DNA from: Endomicrobiia bacterium
Lineage (GTDB): Bacteria > Elusimicrobiota > Endomicrobiia > DTEH01
Assembly (NCBI GenBank): GCA_039630545.1
Contig: JBCNUU010000001.1
Span: 1 to 64,000, forward strand
Direction of reading: 5' to 3'
Length of the DNA stretch: 64,000 bases
Below, one piece after another: positions 8,455 to 18,946 of this stretch; within the stretch, counting starts at the first letter, position 1, and each line of letters begins with the position of its first letter. The notes below the pieces were generated by a model, which saw nothing but the letters and a program-made list of their open reading frames with translations, was not told the DNA's origin and did not search any database. The translations under genes and the position numbers were made by a program.

Positions 8455-10089
8455 ATGATTGATTTTTTATTCATATTAAATCTTAATATAAGAATTTTTT
8501 TGAATTCTTTTAAATTTGCTACAAAAACAGAACGAATAAGAGAATTTTTTTTAGGTTTTATAGGATTTGTATTTTTTTTAAGTAGTTACATCATTTCTTA
8601 CCAGATAGTAGTTTATATTTCAAACTTGCCGGTGATAGGTAGTTTATTTACTGTAAGAATTCTCGCTTTAGGGTTTCTATCGAGTTTTTTAATGTTATTT
8701 TTTTCTTCTTTAATTATTCCATTTTCTACCATGTTTGAAGCAGAAGATTTAAATTTGTTGTTTAGTTTGCCTTTAAGATATAGTAGCATATATCTGAACA
8801 AAGTTTTTTTATCACTTATCAGGTCAAGCTGGATGATACTGGTTATATTGGTACCTTTCGTTGTGGCTTTTGGTGTTGTTAAAAATTTTGATATATTGGG
8901 ATATATTGTAATTATAATTTCTATTTTATTAAAAAGCCTAATTTCTTCAAGTTTGGGAATAGCTACGTCAATTTTGCTTTCTTACTTATTTCCATCTAAA
9001 AAAATAAAAAATGTAGTTTTAGTATTGCTTATTATCTTTTCAGCAGTAGTTTATTCTCTTTTTAGATTTTCACAACCAGAAAAACTTCTTTCGCCACAAA
9101 ATTTCCATGAGATATTTGATTATTTAGATTTTCTTTCAAAACCAGTAGCAAAAGTTCTGCCGTCGTGGTGGGTGGCAGAAATATTTCGTGGATTAATGGT
9201 TAACGATAGAAATATTGTCATTATAAATTTAATCAAATTATTATTAACTGTTAGTTTTATTTTTGTTATTCTTTTTACCATTTTTAAAAAAATTTTTTAT
9301 AAATGTGTATTTTTTTTAATGAGTGAGGGTAAAAAGAGTAAATTATATAAAGCGCCAATAATAAATTTGAAGTCAACTTACTTTGTGGTTATTTTAAAAG
9401 AAATAAAAACTCTTTTAAGAGAACCAGTTCAATGGATACAGTTTGTAATAGTTGTCGCATTGTCATTGGTTTATTTGTTTAATATAAGCAGAATCCCGTT
9501 AGAGTTTAAATATGTTAAAATAACAGTTTCTTTTTTAAATCTGGGTGGTATAATGTTTATCTTAACAGCAATAGTTTTAAGATTTGTGTTTGTACAGCCA
9601 TCTTTAGAATATAAAACATACTGGTTAATAAAGTCATATCCAGTCTCTATGGAAAAACTATTCTTTTTGAAGTTTTTGGTTTATTTACCAATAGTTTTGT
9701 TACCTGGGTTGGTGTTGTGTATTGTGTCAAATTTAGTTATAGGTGTTGAAAGAATTATATTTGTTTTTAGTATAGCTGTTGTTTTATTTTCTTGTTTTGT
9801 GCTCACAATAGCTGGGTTTTCTTTAGGGTTACTTTTCCCAAAAAAAGAATTCAAGGACATACCACAGATAGAAACTTCATTTGGAGGTTTGATGTTTGTT
9901 ATTCTTTCTTTATGCTATATAATTTTATCTTTGTCTTCTATAGCAGAACCAGCAAGAAGGTATATATTGAATTTAAAAATTTCACATTTGGATTTACTTT
10001 TTTACTTTTTTATTTTTTTTATGATAAATTTTATCTATGCTTTTGCGCCTGTTTACTATGCTAAAAAAAAGTTTATTGAAGAATATTAA
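8455..10089 (+). CDS. ABC exporter permease
   Basis: Many TM helices, duplicated ABC-2-like halves, follows the ATPase. Confidence 0.8.
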   Translation: MIDFLFILNLNIRIFLNSFKFATKTERIREFFLGFIGFVFFLSSYIISYQIVVYISNLPVIGSLFTVRILALGFLSSFLMLFFSSLIIPFSTMFEAEDLNLLFSLPLRYSSIYLNKVFLSLIRSSWMILVILVPFVVAFGVVKNFDILGYIVIIISILLKSLISSSLGIATSILLSYLFPSKKIKNVVLVLLIIFSAVVYSLFRFSQPEKLLSPQNFHEIFDYLDFLSKPVAKVLPSWWVAEIFRGLMVNDRNIVIINLIKLLLTVSFIFVILFTIFKKIFYKCVFFLMSEGKKSKLYKAPIINLKSTYFVVILKEIKTLLREPVQWIQFVIVVALSLVYLFNISRIPLEFKYVKITVSFLNLGGIMFILTAIVLRFVFVQPSLEYKTYWLIKSYPVSMEKLFFLKFLVYLPIVLLPGLVLCIVSNLVIGVERIIFVFSIAVVLFSCFVLTIAGFSLGLLFPKKEFKDIPQIETSFGGLMFVILSLCYIILSLSSIAEPARRYILNLKISHLDLLFYFFIFFMINFIYAFAPVYYAKKKFIEEY

Positions 10090-10762
10090 ACATTTTACTT
10101 TTATTTTATTTTTTTGCAAAATCTTTGCTGAGCAGATTTTTTATTGGAAAATAGACACAAAAGATAAAATCATTTTTTTAACATTTGATGACGGACCTGA
10201 TAGAGTTTTTACATATAAAGTGTTAGATATTCTAGATGAATACAATATAAAAGCTACTTTTTTTGTTTTAGGTGAACTTGTAAAATATAATCCGGAAGTA
10301 ATAAAGGAAATCGTAAAAAAAGGTCATACTTTAGGTAATCATACATATTATCACAAAAACTATTATCAGCTTCAAAAAAAATATTCTCTACAGACTTGTA
10401 AAAAATTATTAGAAGAAGATATACTTTCTACAGAGAAAGAGGTTAAAAAAGTTAATGAAAATTTAAAAATAAAATATCTTAGAATGCCACACGGATTTTA
10501 TAGAAAGTGGATGGATGAGATAGTAAAGAAGTTTGACTACAGAATAGTAAATTGGAGTTTTGGTTGTGACTGGCAGGATATTCCGGAGGAGATTATGTTG
10601 AAGAAATATTGTGAAGCTTTACAACCAGGAGCTATATTCCTTTTTCATGATGGTGGAACATATAAGTACAGAAATAAAACAATTAACGTTTTAAAAAAAT
10701 TTATTGTATACTGTCTCCAGAATAATTACAGGTTTGATAAAATAGAAAATTGGATAAAATAA
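10037..10762 (+). CDS. Polysaccharide deacetylase (NodB/CE4)
   Basis: LTFDDGP, ATFF, GNHTYYH, RMPHG, FLFHDGG; start may be 10058. Confidence 0.9.
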   Translation: MLLRLFTMLKKSLLKNIKHFTFILFFCKIFAEQIFYWKIDTKDKIIFLTFDDGPDRVFTYKVLDILDEYNIKATFFVLGELVKYNPEVIKEIVKKGHTLGNHTYYHKNYYQLQKKYSLQTCKKLLEEDILSTEKEVKKVNENLKIKYLRMPHGFYRKWMDEIVKKFDYRIVNWSFGCDWQDIPEEIMLKKYCEALQPGAIFLFHDGGTYKYRNKTINVLKKFIVYCLQNNYRFDKIENWIK

Positions 10763-10833
10763 AAAATTTCATAAGGTATTGAAAAATTTCATTTGATTTG
10801 GTAAAAATATCAAAATTTTAAACTACTACTTAA

Positions 10834-11031
10834 ATGAAAAAAGTACTTAATTCTGTAATAAAATTTGTTGGTGAGTCTTATATTGAACTTAAAAAAGTAA
10901 ACTGGTTGAGTAAAAAGGAAGTTTTAATTTCTAGTTTAGTAGTAGTTGTTCTTATTTTAATTTTTGCTCTCTATATAGGAATAGTAGATTTTGTTTTAGC
11001 TAAAATTCTTTCACTTTTGCTTAGGAGGTAG
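10834..11031 (+). CDS. secE: Preprotein translocase subunit SecE
   Basis: ELKKVNW plus a single TM; precedes nusG. Confidence 0.9.
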   Translation: MKKVLNSVIKFVGESYIELKKVNWLSKKEVLISSLVVVVLILIFALYIGIVDFVLAKILSLLLRR

Positions 11032-11036
11032 AAATA

Positions 11037-11618
11037 ATGTCTCAAAACGAAAAAAGTGAGCAGATGTTAGATACTACTGGTTATTCTGTTAATGACTGGT
11101 ATGTTGTGTTTTGCAAAGGTGGTAAAGAGTTAGAAGTCAAACAAATGATAGAAGAAAAGATTTCTTCTATTGAGAGTTTAAAAAATAAAATTTTTGAAAT
11201 ATTAGTCCCAGAAGAAGAAGAAATACAGATTAAAAAAAGTAAAAAAGTAAAAGTTAAAAAAGCTATATATAAAGGATATATATATGTAAGAATGAAACTA
11301 TCCGCTGAGACATTTGATTTTATCAGAAGCATCTCAGGCGTGAAAGGGTTTTTAGGTGGTGCTAATCCTAGAAAAATTTCAGAAAAGGAAATAGAAAATA
11401 TTAAAAAATTGACAGAAAAATTGAAAACTTCAGAACCTAAAGTTGTGCGAAAATTTGATATAGGGAGTGCTGTGAGAATAATAGAAGGACCTTTTAAACA
11501 CTTTACAGGTGTGGTGGACGAAATAAACGAAACGAAAGGTAAACTTAAAGTTATACTTACTGTTTTTGGTAGACCCACGACTGTAGAACTTGATTTTACA
11601 CAGGTAGAAAAAGTTTAG
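11037..11618 (+). CDS. nusG: Transcription factor NusG
   Basis: NGN domain (WYVV, KGYIYV), KOW ([18 protein letters not shown]). Confidence 0.95.
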   Translation: MSQNEKSEQMLDTTGYSVNDWYVVFCKGGKELEVKQMIEEKISSIESLKNKIFEILVPEEEEIQIKKSKKVKVKKAIYKGYIYVRMKLSAETFDFIRSISGVKGFLGGANPRKISEKEIENIKKLTEKLKTSEPKVVRKFDIGSAVRIIEGPFKHFTGVVDEINETKGKLKVILTVFGRPTTVELDFTQVEKV

Positions 11619-11641
11619 TTTTTAAAAGGAGAACAAATTTT

Positions 11642-12073
11642 ATGCCAAAGAAAATCAAAGCACAAATAAAACTTCAAATACCAGCAGGACAAGCAAACCC
11701 TGCTCCCCCTGTAGGACCTGCACTTGGTCAACATGGAATAAATATTATGCAGTTTTGTAATGAGTTTAATGCGAAAACTAAAAATATGGATCCCGGGATG
11801 GTTATACCTGTGATTGTTACTATATACGATGACAGAAGTTTTAGTTTTATACTTAAAACTCCACCTGTATCCTCTTTTTTGAAAAAAATAGCAGGTCTAG
11901 CTAAAGCATCTTCAAAGCCTGGGAGTCAGACTATTGCTACTGTTACTAAAAGTCAAATAAGGGAAATAGCAAAAATCAAAATGCCTGATTTAAACGCAAA
12001 TACTTTGGAAGCAGCAATTAAAATAGTTGAAGGTACAGCTAAAAGCATGGGTATAGAAGTTGTAGAAGATTAA
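11642..12073 (+). CDS. rplK: 50S ribosomal protein L11
   Basis: [30 protein letters not shown]. Confidence 0.98.
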   Translation: MPKKIKAQIKLQIPAGQANPAPPVGPALGQHGINIMQFCNEFNAKTKNMDPGMVIPVIVTIYDDRSFSFILKTPPVSSFLKKIAGLAKASSKPGSQTIATVTKSQIREIAKIKMPDLNANTLEAAIKIVEGTAKSMGIEVVED

Positions 12074-12084
12074 AATATAGAATA

Positions 12085-13338
12085 ATGGAAGAAGATATAG
12101 AAATAATTGATGTAATTAAATTTTTTATAAGAAATAAAAAAATAATAACTATTTGCTTTATCTTTTCTTTAATCTTAGGAATAATCTGGGTGGCTTTCCA
12201 AAAAAAAACTTATACAGCAGAAGCAGGAATTATTGTATTGGGTGTAAAACCAAAAATTACTTTTGAACCTAAAATTCAAATAAAAGAAATTTCAGAAGGT
12301 GTAATCCAGCAGTTTGATGAAAGAAAAAAGACTATTGTGGAATTTCTTAGATCTCCTGTGGTAATCTCTGAAGTCATAGAGAAACTTAAAAATCAAGGAC
12401 ACATAAATCAATCTGAAAAATTTAGTGTTGAAAGTTTTATCAAATCAAAAAAAATATTAAATATAGAAACGGTTGGAGAACTTATAAAAGTAAAGGTCAG
12501 ACTTAAAGATAGAGAACTTGCTAAGCGTTTTGCTGATGAAATAGTAAAAACTACAGTTGAAAAAATGGTCTATTTTACTTACTATGAGATTCCCACAGAT
12601 ATTCTAAAAAATAAACTATTAGAAGCACAAAAAAATTACAAAGATGCAGTAGAACGATATAATTTATTTGTTCAGGAAAATAAGATTTTAGAAATTAATA
12701 AAAGACTTTCACAACTTCAAGATATGTATAATTATTATGTTGTTAACATTACGAAAATAGAAAAATATATCTGGGAGGCGAAAGGACTTAAAGCCCAACT
12801 CCAGAAAGAAGATTTTTCTTCTGTTGGAGAGCTTGGAAATGCGCTAGCTATGCTTAGATTTAAATCCTCTATTTTTATAGAGGATAAATTTGAAAAAGTT
12901 GAAATAGAAAAAATAGATAAAGAATTACTAAAACTTCAAGATATAAAGTTAGCTATAAAGGAAATAGATGAGACAATAGAAATACTTGAAGCAAGGAAAA
13001 AAGAATTTGAAAAAAAACTTGAAGAAGAAAAATATGAACAACAAATACAACAATTAAAAAAAGAATTAGAAAAAGAAATGGATAAAGAGAAGCAGTTAAT
13101 AAAAGATAAAGATCTATATTGGGATATGCTATTGACTTTAGAAAGAAAACAAAAAGAAATAGAAATAAGTAATGGAATTTCAGAAAATATTCCAGTTAAA
13201 ATTGCATATTTTAGTTTTTTGCCAGAAAAACCAGATGACGGAAGATATATGGTATTTTTACTTGGATTTATGTTTTTAGGGCTACTTATAGGAGTAACTA
13301 TAAGTGGAGTTAAGGAGATTTACAAAATTTTGATATGA
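12085..13338 (+). CDS. Wzz/GumC-like polysaccharide co-polymerase
   Basis: EDIEIIDVIK N-terminus, TM, long coiled coil, Pro-rich PEKP motif and C-terminal TM. Confidence 0.75.
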   Translation: MEEDIEIIDVIKFFIRNKKIITICFIFSLILGIIWVAFQKKTYTAEAGIIVLGVKPKITFEPKIQIKEISEGVIQQFDERKKTIVEFLRSPVVISEVIEKLKNQGHINQSEKFSVESFIKSKKILNIETVGELIKVKVRLKDRELAKRFADEIVKTTVEKMVYFTYYEIPTDILKNKLLEAQKNYKDAVERYNLFVQENKILEINKRLSQLQDMYNYYVVNITKIEKYIWEAKGLKAQLQKEDFSSVGELGNALAMLRFKSSIFIEDKFEKVEIEKIDKELLKLQDIKLAIKEIDETIEILEARKKEFEKKLEEEKYEQQIQQLKKELEKEMDKEKQLIKDKDLYWDMLLTLERKQKEIEISNGISENIPVKIAYFSFLPEKPDDGRYMVFLLGFMFLGLLIGVTISGVKEIYKILI

Positions 13339-14645
13339 AAATTGGTATAATTGGTTGCGGTTATGTTGGCCTTACTAGCGGTGTTTGTTTTGCAGAGCTG
13401 GGTCATGATGTTGTCTGTGTTGATAATGATAAACAAAAAATAGAAATTTTAAAAAAATATAAACCTCCCATCTATGAACCTGGTCTAGATAAGTTTCTAA
13501 AGAAAAATAAAAAAAGAATAAAATTTTCTTCCGAAATAAAAGATGCTGTATTAAATAATAAAGTAGTATTTATAGCAGTTGGCACCCCTTCCAATTCAGA
13601 CGGTTCTCCAGATTTAAGTTATGTAGAAAATGTTGCAAAAGAAATTGCATTATGGCTTGATGACTATAAAGTTATAGTAGAAAAATCCACCGTTCCTGTA
13701 GAAACAGCGGAATGGATTAAAAAAACCATTGAAAAATACAAAAAAAATAATGTTCAATTTGATGTGGTATCAAATCCAGAGTTTCTACGTGAAGGTTCTG
13801 CGATAAATGATTTTCTAAAACCAGATAGAATTGTAATAGGTACCGAATCTAAAAAAGCACAAAAGATAATGTTAAATTTATATAAAAAAATTAAAGCACC
13901 AAAAATAATAGTAGACACAAAAAGTGCCGAGCTTATAAAACACGCATCTAATTCATTTCTTGCTATGAAAATTTCTTTTATCAACGCAATTTCTAACATT
14001 TGTGAACTTACAGGAGCTGATGTGAAAAAAGTGGCTTTAGGCATGGGGTTAGACAAAAGAATTGGGAAAGAGTTTCTTTCTGCTGGCATAGGATATGGTG
14101 GTAGTTGTTTCCCTAAAGATATAGATGCTTTCATTTGGATTGCTAATAAATTAGGTTACGATTTTTCTCTTCTTAAAGAGGTAAAAAAAATCAATCAATA
14201 CCAGAGAGAAATTTTTGTAAAAAAAATTGAAGAAGTTTTATGGATATTAAAAAATAAAACCATAGGAATTCTGGGACTTTCTTTTAAGCCCAACACAGAT
14301 GACATCCGAGAAGCTCCTTCAATTTTTATTATCAAATCACTAAAAGAAAAAGGTGCAAAAATCAAAGCATACGATCCAAAAGCTATAAATAAAATGAAAC
14401 AGGTTTTTTCTGACATAGAATACTGTGATTCAGTTTATAAAGTAGCAGAAGGTTGCGATTGTCTTGCAATTCTAACAGAGTGGGATGAGTTTAAAAAAAT
14501 TGATCTTATGAAAGTTAAAAAACTGATGAACCATCCAATTATAGTGGATGGAAGAAATATATTTGAACCTGAAAAGCTAACAAAATATGGTTTTGTTTAT
14601 ATACCTACAGGAAGGAGTTGTATAAAAGTAAGTTTTAAAAAATGA
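13335..14645 (+). CDS. ugd: UDP-glucose 6-dehydrogenase
   Basis: [31 protein letters not shown]. Confidence 0.95.
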   Translation: MKIGIIGCGYVGLTSGVCFAELGHDVVCVDNDKQKIEILKKYKPPIYEPGLDKFLKKNKKRIKFSSEIKDAVLNNKVVFIAVGTPSNSDGSPDLSYVENVAKEIALWLDDYKVIVEKSTVPVETAEWIKKTIEKYKKNNVQFDVVSNPEFLREGSAINDFLKPDRIVIGTESKKAQKIMLNLYKKIKAPKIIVDTKSAELIKHASNSFLAMKISFINAISNICELTGADVKKVALGMGLDKRIGKEFLSAGIGYGGSCFPKDIDAFIWIANKLGYDFSLLKEVKKINQYQREIFVKKIEEVLWILKNKTIGILGLSFKPNTDDIREAPSIFIIKSLKEKGAKIKAYDPKAINKMKQVFSDIEYCDSVYKVAEGCDCLAILTEWDEFKKIDLMKVKKLMNHPIIVDGRNIFEPEKLTKYGFVYIPTGRSCIKVSFKK

Positions 14646-15577
14646 GGATAGTTATTACAGGTGGTGCTGGATTTATAGGTTCTCATTTGTGTGATTATTT
14701 TATTAAAAAAGGACATTATGTTATATGTCTGGATAATTTAATTACTGGTAATTTGAAAAATATAGAACACCTATTTGGTAATGAAAAGTTTTTGTTTATA
14801 AAGCACGATGTGACAAACTATATTCACATTCCTGGCAGGGTGGATGCTATATTACATTTTGCTTCTCCTGCTTCACCTGAAGATTATCTCAAATATCCAA
14901 TACAAACTCTAAAAGTAGGTGCGTTGGGCACACATAAGGCTTTAGGTTTGGCAAAAGAAAAAAAAGCAATTTTTATGTTAGCTTCTACTTCTGAAGTATA
15001 TGGAGATCCAGTTGTTTCGCCTCAGAGTGAGTCTTATTGGGGAAATGTAAATCCTGTAGGTCCCAGAGGTGTATATGATGAAGCAAAAAGGTTTGCAGAA
15101 GCATTGACTATGGCTTATCACAGATATCATAAAATTTCGGTAAGAATTGTTAGAATATTTAATACATACGGTCCGAGGATGCGTCTTAACGATGGAAGGG
15201 TTGTTCCAAATTTTATTTCACAGGCACTTAGCAACAAACCCCTAACCGTATACGGTGATGGTACTCAGACAAGATCTTTTTGTTATATTTCAGATCTAGT
15301 GGAAGGAATATATAAGTTGTTGTTTAAAGATATACCTGAACCTATCAATTTAGGCAATCCTCAAGAGATGCGAGTAATTGATTTTGCATATTTAATTAAA
15401 AAATTAACTGGTTCCAGAAGTAAAATAGTATTTAAACCTCTACCACAAGATGATCCAAAACAAAGAAGGCCTGATATTACTAAAGCACAAAAACTTTTAA
15501 AATGGTATCCCAAAATTTCAATAGAAAAAGGACTTAAACTTACTATACAGTATTTTAAGAACTTGAAAAAAATTTAA
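14642..15577 (+). CDS. UDP-glucuronate decarboxylase (UDP-xylose synthase)
   Basis: [45 protein letters not shown]. Confidence 0.9.
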   Translation: MRIVITGGAGFIGSHLCDYFIKKGHYVICLDNLITGNLKNIEHLFGNEKFLFIKHDVTNYIHIPGRVDAILHFASPASPEDYLKYPIQTLKVGALGTHKALGLAKEKKAIFMLASTSEVYGDPVVSPQSESYWGNVNPVGPRGVYDEAKRFAEALTMAYHRYHKISVRIVRIFNTYGPRMRLNDGRVVPNFISQALSNKPLTVYGDGTQTRSFCYISDLVEGIYKLLFKDIPEPINLGNPQEMRVIDFAYLIKKLTGSRSKIVFKPLPQDDPKQRRPDITKAQKLLKWYPKISIEKGLKLTIQYFKNLKKI

Positions 15578-15686
15578 AAAAAATTAATTTGTGCTAAACT
15601 TTTCTTTTTAATTTTTTATTGACAATCATAGTAAAATTTAGTAAAGTAAATAATCTTTAACTTTTAATTGAGAAAGGAGTAAAGAA

Positions 15687-18452
15687 ATGAGAAAAAATGT
15701 AAAAAAAATAAAGCAACCCAAGTATGTATATCTTTTTGGTGGTGGTAAGGCAGATGGTAATGAAAAAATGAAAGAACTTCTTGGAGGCAAAGGTGCTAAT
15801 CTTGCTGAAATGGCTGGACATAAGGACTTGAAATTGCCAGTTCCTGCTGGTTTTACTATTACCACAGAAGTATGTACTTATTTTTATAAAAATAAACAAA
15901 AATATCCAGCTGGATTAAAAGAACAAGTAGAAGCAGGACTTAGATTTATTGAAAAAATAATGAACAAAAAGTTTGGTGATTCTAATAATCCACTTCTTGT
16001 GTCTGTAAGGTCAGGGGCAAGAAGATCAATGCCTGGGATGATGGAGACAGTTCTTAATATAGGTCTTAACGATAAAACAGCAGAAGGATTAATAAAACAG
16101 ACAAACAATCCTAGATTTGTATATGATGCATATCGTAGATTAATTCAGATGTATTCTGATGTGGTAATGGAAAAAGCAGAAGGAATAGAACCACCGGAAG
16201 GAAAAGGTATAAGACAACAACTAGAAAAAGAACTTGAAAAGATGAAACATAAAAAGGGAGTTAAACTTGACACAGAACTTACAGCTGAGGATTTAAAAGA
16301 GTTGATAGGGATTTATAAGAAAAAAGTAAAAGAAGTTTTAGGTAAAGATTTTCCAGAAGATCCTTATGAACAACTTTGGGGTGGAATAAGAGCAGTTTTT
16401 TTAAGTTGGAATGGTAAAAGAGCTGTAGCCTACAGAAGAATTGAAGGTATACCTGATGATTGGGGAACAGCTGTAAATGTTCAAGCAATGGTTTTTGGAA
16501 ATATGGGAGATGATTCAGGTACTGGAGTTGCTTTTACACGAAATCCTGCTACAGGTGAGAATAAATTTTATGGTGAATGGTTACCAAATGCACAGGGAGA
16601 AGATGTTGTAGCAGGAATAAGAACTCCTTACCCGATAAACGAATATTCACGCACAGAGCATAGTAAGGGTCTTCCTTCTTTAGAAAAACAATTTCCAGAG
16701 ATTTACAAACAACTTGAAGATATAAGAAAACGTTTAGAAAAACACTACAGAGATATGTTAGACATAGAATTTACAATAGAAAAAGGTAAACTCTGGATGT
16801 TGCAATGTCGTGTTGGGAAAAGAAATGGTCCTGCAGCAGTCAGGATGGCAGTAGAAATGTATAAAGAAAAACTCATCTCTGCTGAAGAGGCTGTTTTAAG
16901 AGTTTCTCCATCCCAACTTGATGAACTTTTACATCCTATAGTAGATCCACTTAAAGAAAAAGAAACTCCTGTTTTAGCCAAAGGGCTTCCAGCAGGTCCA
17001 GGTGGTGCGGTTGGAAGAGTGGTTTTTTCTGCAAATGATGCCGTTGAATGGACAAAAAAAGGAGAACAGGTTATTCTTGTAAGAGAAGAAACCAACCCGG
17101 AAGATGTTGAAGGTATGCGTGCTGCAGTAGGAATTCTTACAGCAAGAGGAGGTATGACTTCACATGCAGCATTAGTTGCGCGTGGCTGGGGTAAATGTTG
17201 TGTTGTTGGAGCAGGAGATGTTCATATAGATTATGATAAAAAACAGTTTAAAGTAAAAGATACGATTGTTAAAGAAGGTGACTGGATTACTCTAAATGGT
17301 ACAAAAGGAAATGTGTATCTAGGACAGCTTCCTCTAATTAAAGCAGCGGAAGAAAATCCATACTTTGTGGAGTTTATGAAAATATGTAATAAGGTTCGTA
17401 AAATGGGTGTGCGAACAAATGCCGACACACCTGCTGATGCAAAAAAAGCAAGATCTTTCGGAGCTGAAGGAATAGGTTTATTTAGAACAGAACATATGTT
17501 CTACGGAGAAGGCTCTGAGAAACCTCTCTTTATTCTAAGAAAGATGATAGTTTCTACAAATGAAGAAGAAAGAAGAAAAGCTCTTGAAGAATTATTCCCT
17601 TACATGAAAGAAGATATTAAGAAAACTTTGGAAGTCATGGAAGGTTATCCGGTGACGATAAGACTTTTAGATCCTCCATTACATGAATTTGTCCCAAAAA
17701 GAAAAGAGGAAAAAGATAAACTCATTAAAGATTTAGGAATTACAGAGGAAGAGTTTGAAAAAAGAACAGCCAAGCTTCATGAAGTAAATCCAATGATGGG
17801 ACACAGGGGGGTTAGGCTAGGTATAGCTTATCCTGAGATTACAGAATATCAGGTAAGAGCCATTTTTGAAGCAGCAGCAGAACTTATAAAACAAAACAAA
17901 AAAGTTTTTCCTGAGATTATGATACCTGTGACATCTACCGAAAAAGAAATAGTTCATCAAAAACAAATTATTGAAAAAGTTTATGAAGAAGTAACAAGCA
18001 ACTTTAAACTCAATAAAAAGAGTCTTCCTTTAGTTATTGGGACAATGATAGAGATCCCACGAGCCTGTATGATAGCAGATAAGATGGCATCGGTTTGTGA
18101 GTTTTTCTCTTTTGGAACAAATGATTTAACTCAAATGGGGTTCGGTTTTTCAAGAGATGATATAGGTGGATTTTTGCCAATTTATCTTGAAAAAAACATT
18201 TTACCTAAAGATCCATTCCAGACAATAGACTTTGAAGGGATTGGTGAGTTAATAAAAACGGCAATTTCAAAAGGTAGAAAAATAAAACCTAATCTGAAAA
18301 TTGGAATTTGTGGAGAACATGGCGGAGATCCTGCTTCTGTAAAATTTTGTTATGAAGTTGGCATGACATATGTTTCCTGTTCACCTTATAGGGTTCCTTT
18401 AGCAATTCTTGCTGCAGCACAAGCAGCTGTAGAAAAGAAGAAAAAAGGATAA
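15687..18452 (+). CDS. ppdK: Pyruvate, phosphate dikinase
   Basis: LLGGKGANLAEM, GGMTSHAA, FSFGTNDLTQ, GICGEHGG. Confidence 0.98.
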   Translation: MRKNVKKIKQPKYVYLFGGGKADGNEKMKELLGGKGANLAEMAGHKDLKLPVPAGFTITTEVCTYFYKNKQKYPAGLKEQVEAGLRFIEKIMNKKFGDSNNPLLVSVRSGARRSMPGMMETVLNIGLNDKTAEGLIKQTNNPRFVYDAYRRLIQMYSDVVMEKAEGIEPPEGKGIRQQLEKELEKMKHKKGVKLDTELTAEDLKELIGIYKKKVKEVLGKDFPEDPYEQLWGGIRAVFLSWNGKRAVAYRRIEGIPDDWGTAVNVQAMVFGNMGDDSGTGVAFTRNPATGENKFYGEWLPNAQGEDVVAGIRTPYPINEYSRTEHSKGLPSLEKQFPEIYKQLEDIRKRLEKHYRDMLDIEFTIEKGKLWMLQCRVGKRNGPAAVRMAVEMYKEKLISAEEAVLRVSPSQLDELLHPIVDPLKEKETPVLAKGLPAGPGGAVGRVVFSANDAVEWTKKGEQVILVREETNPEDVEGMRAAVGILTARGGMTSHAALVARGWGKCCVVGAGDVHIDYDKKQFKVKDTIVKEGDWITLNGTKGNVYLGQLPLIKAAEENPYFVEFMKICNKVRKMGVRTNADTPADAKKARSFGAEGIGLFRTEHMFYGEGSEKPLFILRKMIVSTNEEERRKALEELFPYMKEDIKKTLEVMEGYPVTIRLLDPPLHEFVPKRKEEKDKLIKDLGITEEEFEKRTAKLHEVNPMMGHRGVRLGIAYPEITEYQVRAIFEAAAELIKQNKKVFPEIMIPVTSTEKEIVHQKQIIEKVYEEVTSNFKLNKKSLPLVIGTMIEIPRACMIADKMASVCEFFSFGTNDLTQMGFGFSRDDIGGFLPIYLEKNILPKDPFQTIDFEGIGELIKTAISKGRKIKPNLKIGICGEHGGDPASVKFCYEVGMTYVSCSPYRVPLAILAAAQAAVEKKKKG

Positions 18453-18457
18453 AAAAT

Positions 18458-18946
18458 ATGGCAACATTAGAAGAACTTAAAAAATACTTAGAGTTTCTGT
18501 CTACTACTGACATAGAGGAAATAGAAATTCAATCTCCAGATGGAGAAAAAATTTTTCTTAAAAGAAATAAAATTTCTTCTAATAATGTTATATCTACTTT
18601 TAATAAACTACAAAAGGAAAAATCTCTTCAAATTGAATCTAAACAGGAGTTAGACAAAGAATTTGAGCACACAAAAGAAAGTTTGAAAAAAGAATTTATC
18701 ATTCGGTCTCCAATGGTGGGACGGTTTTTGCTTTCTGTTTCGCAGGATCATCCACCATTTATAGTGGAAGGTTCTCAAATTAAACAAGGTCAAAAAATAG
18801 CAGTGATAGAAACAATGAGAATATTAAGGGATGTTCTTTCTCCTCAATCAGGAGTAGTAAAGAAGATTTTAGTAAAAGATGGTGAGTTTGTTGAATATGG
18901 ACAGCCGCTTGTCATATTAGAAATTTTGCAAGGAGAAACTCTATGA
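18458..18946 (+). CDS. accB: AccB/BCCP-like biotinyl-domain protein lacking the canonical Lys (ETMR)
   Basis: AccB N-terminus, RSPMVG, biotinyl-domain pattern, overlaps accC; IETMRIL instead of VEAMKM. Confidence 0.8.
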   Translation: MATLEELKKYLEFLSTTDIEEIEIQSPDGEKIFLKRNKISSNNVISTFNKLQKEKSLQIESKQELDKEFEHTKESLKKEFIIRSPMVGRFLLSVSQDHPPFIVEGSQIKQGQKIAVIETMRILRDVLSPQSGVVKKILVKDGEFVEYGQPLVILEILQGETL

